This document shows, one piece after another, positions 61,834-64,000 of a DNA stretch of 64,000 nt. The notes beneath the pieces were generated by a model. It did no database searches, was not told where the DNA came from, and worked only from the letters and a program-made list of their open reading frames with translations. The position numbers and the translations under genes were made by a program. Every line of letters starts with the position of its first letter. Positions within the stretch are counted from its first letter, which is position 1. Origin of the DNA: Tubulanus polymorphus (taxonomy: Eukaryota > Animalia > Nemertea); NCBI RefSeq assembly GCF_964204645.1, contig NC_134035.1, positions 13,512,586 to 13,576,585 on the forward strand. Direction: 5' to 3'.

Positions 61834-63581
61834 GTATGTATGTGGTGACACTCCGACCACCGACTAAAAACAACGTCCTCTCTTCTGAGAACTGCCTTTA
61901 TCTGAATGTACTGGAACGCTATTGGGCAAAGGTCTCTGAATAGACATGACAGTAACACAGTCTATACTTACTAACTCAAATGGTATCAATAATATGAATA
62001 GCCACTGCGTGCGCCACTTGAGTTCAATTGAGCACTGTTCTAAATGACTGGTTCACAACAGTCCACAGGCTTCAATGGGCTTTGGGAATATTTAAAATCC
62101 TACAGCAATCTTAACTACTTCACTAGGCCTGTAGTAGTACAGCTATAGGGCATCATTCAGTCAATTATTTACCATAGGTTTTGGAATTGAAAGAATTAAT
62201 TCTTCCCGATTGGGTGGAAAACTCGAAGTAAAATGACTCATCAGCTGTTGACTTGTCGTACAAGAAGGCAGAAACTAAATCTTGCTCTCCTGACAACTAC
62301 TTACTTACTACTAAGCTATTGTGGCCCCTGACTGCTGTAGCCCCTGACTGCTCTAGCCCCTGACTGCTGTAGCCCCTGACTACTATAGGGAATAAAATTA
62401 GCGTAGTTGCTGATTCCGGCCTGGCTGCTACTGCTCAGAGTACCTGAGATGTGATATTATTTTTAAAAACTAGGTCACTGAGTTTTTAACTATATCGACT
62501 GGTTAGCTATAAATCCATTATTGGCACTTGTATATCATTTATATAGGGGTGTTTATATCAAATCTCTGCTGTATAGTAATATCAGAGCTCGATATAATTA
62601 CTGCTACAATTCACTGTATTTATATACATTTCGAACTGACCTCGCAGTGATGATATGTAAATAGCTGTTCGAGCTGTTTATTAATGGATTAAGGAAATAT
62701 TGCAAACATAACACTCTTTCTCCCGATACTTAATATGAAAACTAAAGACTTTATTTAAAATTTTGAATATGAAATAGAAATTATTAACTAGTTATAATAA
62801 TAGCGTTATCTAACCCTATATGTGTTTATACATTTCAAACTGACCTCACGTGTAAAATAACTTTATTCAAGTTGCTCTTCGAGGGATTGAGGAAATATTG
62901 CGAATGTCAGATCACGTTGTAAAATCAAACAATTCTCGTCTTTGTTTTACATATAATTTCATTTGAATGCGGTTTAATTGATTGGACTCATAGCAGATCA
63001 AGTCAGGGAAAGAACTCTGTACGTCAAAAATAATCCGGGAAGGTCAGAGCCACCCTGTTGATATAACAGGAAAAAATTACACCTTGAATATGTATTAAAA
63101 AAAGATCTACTCAAGTGATAAGAGGTTTTTATCGGCGGATTGCACTGTTGTTAGTTCCTGTCACCATGAAAGCAATATCTCGATATAGCCTTAACATCTG
63201 TCTATAAATCACATAAATTGAAATAATCCATAATACACGGACTCGGACCTAAACGAATCTAATGTAGTTTTCGCTATTCCAGAATGATTTTGCTGGTCTC
63301 AGTTTGTCTGAGTAAAATGATGTTTACTCTACAGAAATATGGTCAACATCTAACTATAATACATTTATCATATTACTAGATATATAGACAATTCTATAGA
63401 TATTTACGGTAGAAGCTTTAGTCAGCTTTCTGATATTCTGGCAGCTTTCTGATATAATTTCTCTCTGAGGTAATTCCTGAAATAAAATGATCTAAAACCA
63501 AGTTTATCTTAGGAAGAGAGTTCAAGTATCCGAATAAGAGCGATAACACTAAAAACCTCATTTTCTAATGAGTAAATACAG

Positions 63582-63671
63582 TTTATTAACACGAACGTAT
63601 TCGGGATCATGTCCCCTCATCGGGTGAAATACAAGTGAATCAAATGATTAATCATTTGATTCACTTGTATT
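63582..63671 (-). mobile_element. Penelope-like retroelement terminus remnant (degenerate hammerhead plus palindrome)
   Basis: Minus strand reads CCGATGA-GGGGACATGATCCC-GAATACG...AATAAA; perfect 44-bp palindrome at 63628-63671. Confidence 0.5.
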
Positions 63672-64000
63672 AAACCAAGTTTCATAGTTTATGAGTTCTT
63701 CAGATTTCACTTAGAGAAATGTTATCTCATTGGAATTAAAACTGATTACAACTCATTCAACTTTTATTCGGTTAACTGTTGTGTGAGTAAGAGTTCGATC
63801 TGAGTTTAAAATTGGTTGATTTTCAATGTTTTGAAAAATCTATATCAGAACTGTTAAACTGAACCGTACTGTTTGAGAAGCTGGTATAACATTGTTAAAA
63901 CTTGTGTAAGATCTGTGGTTGTTGATTCCTGTGGTTTCTAAGTAAATCTTGTGGTTTCTTCAACTTACAGTCAATTAATGCAGACATATGTTTCATCTGA

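Overview
AT-rich, intron-containing animal genomic DNA, probably a marine invertebrate (inferred from gene content and repeat style). Three conserved genes can be built by hand from phase-consistent splice sites. They are calumenin/CREC (minus strand, 978-3585, running off the left edge), a 12-exon secreted CAP(SCP)-EGF-like-ShKT protein with a GPI-type tail (47692-56333, +), and the first coding exon of an ANKS1-like gene (61724-61833, +). Between them is a ~36 kb island (5545-41816) with no recognisable conserved gene, bracketed by a ~205-bp direct repeat. The island is packed with different satellites (36, 38, 94, 138/153, 158, 162, 28 bp) and a foldback transposon with an 8-bp TSD. It also holds a spliced orphan gene that the ORF track only partly shows (CDS 7302-7392 + 13975-14732, 282 aa). 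This gene has a compact E2F/CCAAT/CRE/TATA promoter and encodes a Pro-rich protein with a basic RRSPRR..KKVNYSE motif and an NLS. An identical 14-bp TATA element sits on the opposite strand at 24656-24669, and a train of tandemly duplicated exon-intron cassettes lies at 37.2-38.7 kb. Many MITEs with readable TIRs/TSDs are scattered through the window. No database searches were run; family assignments come from motif recognition.
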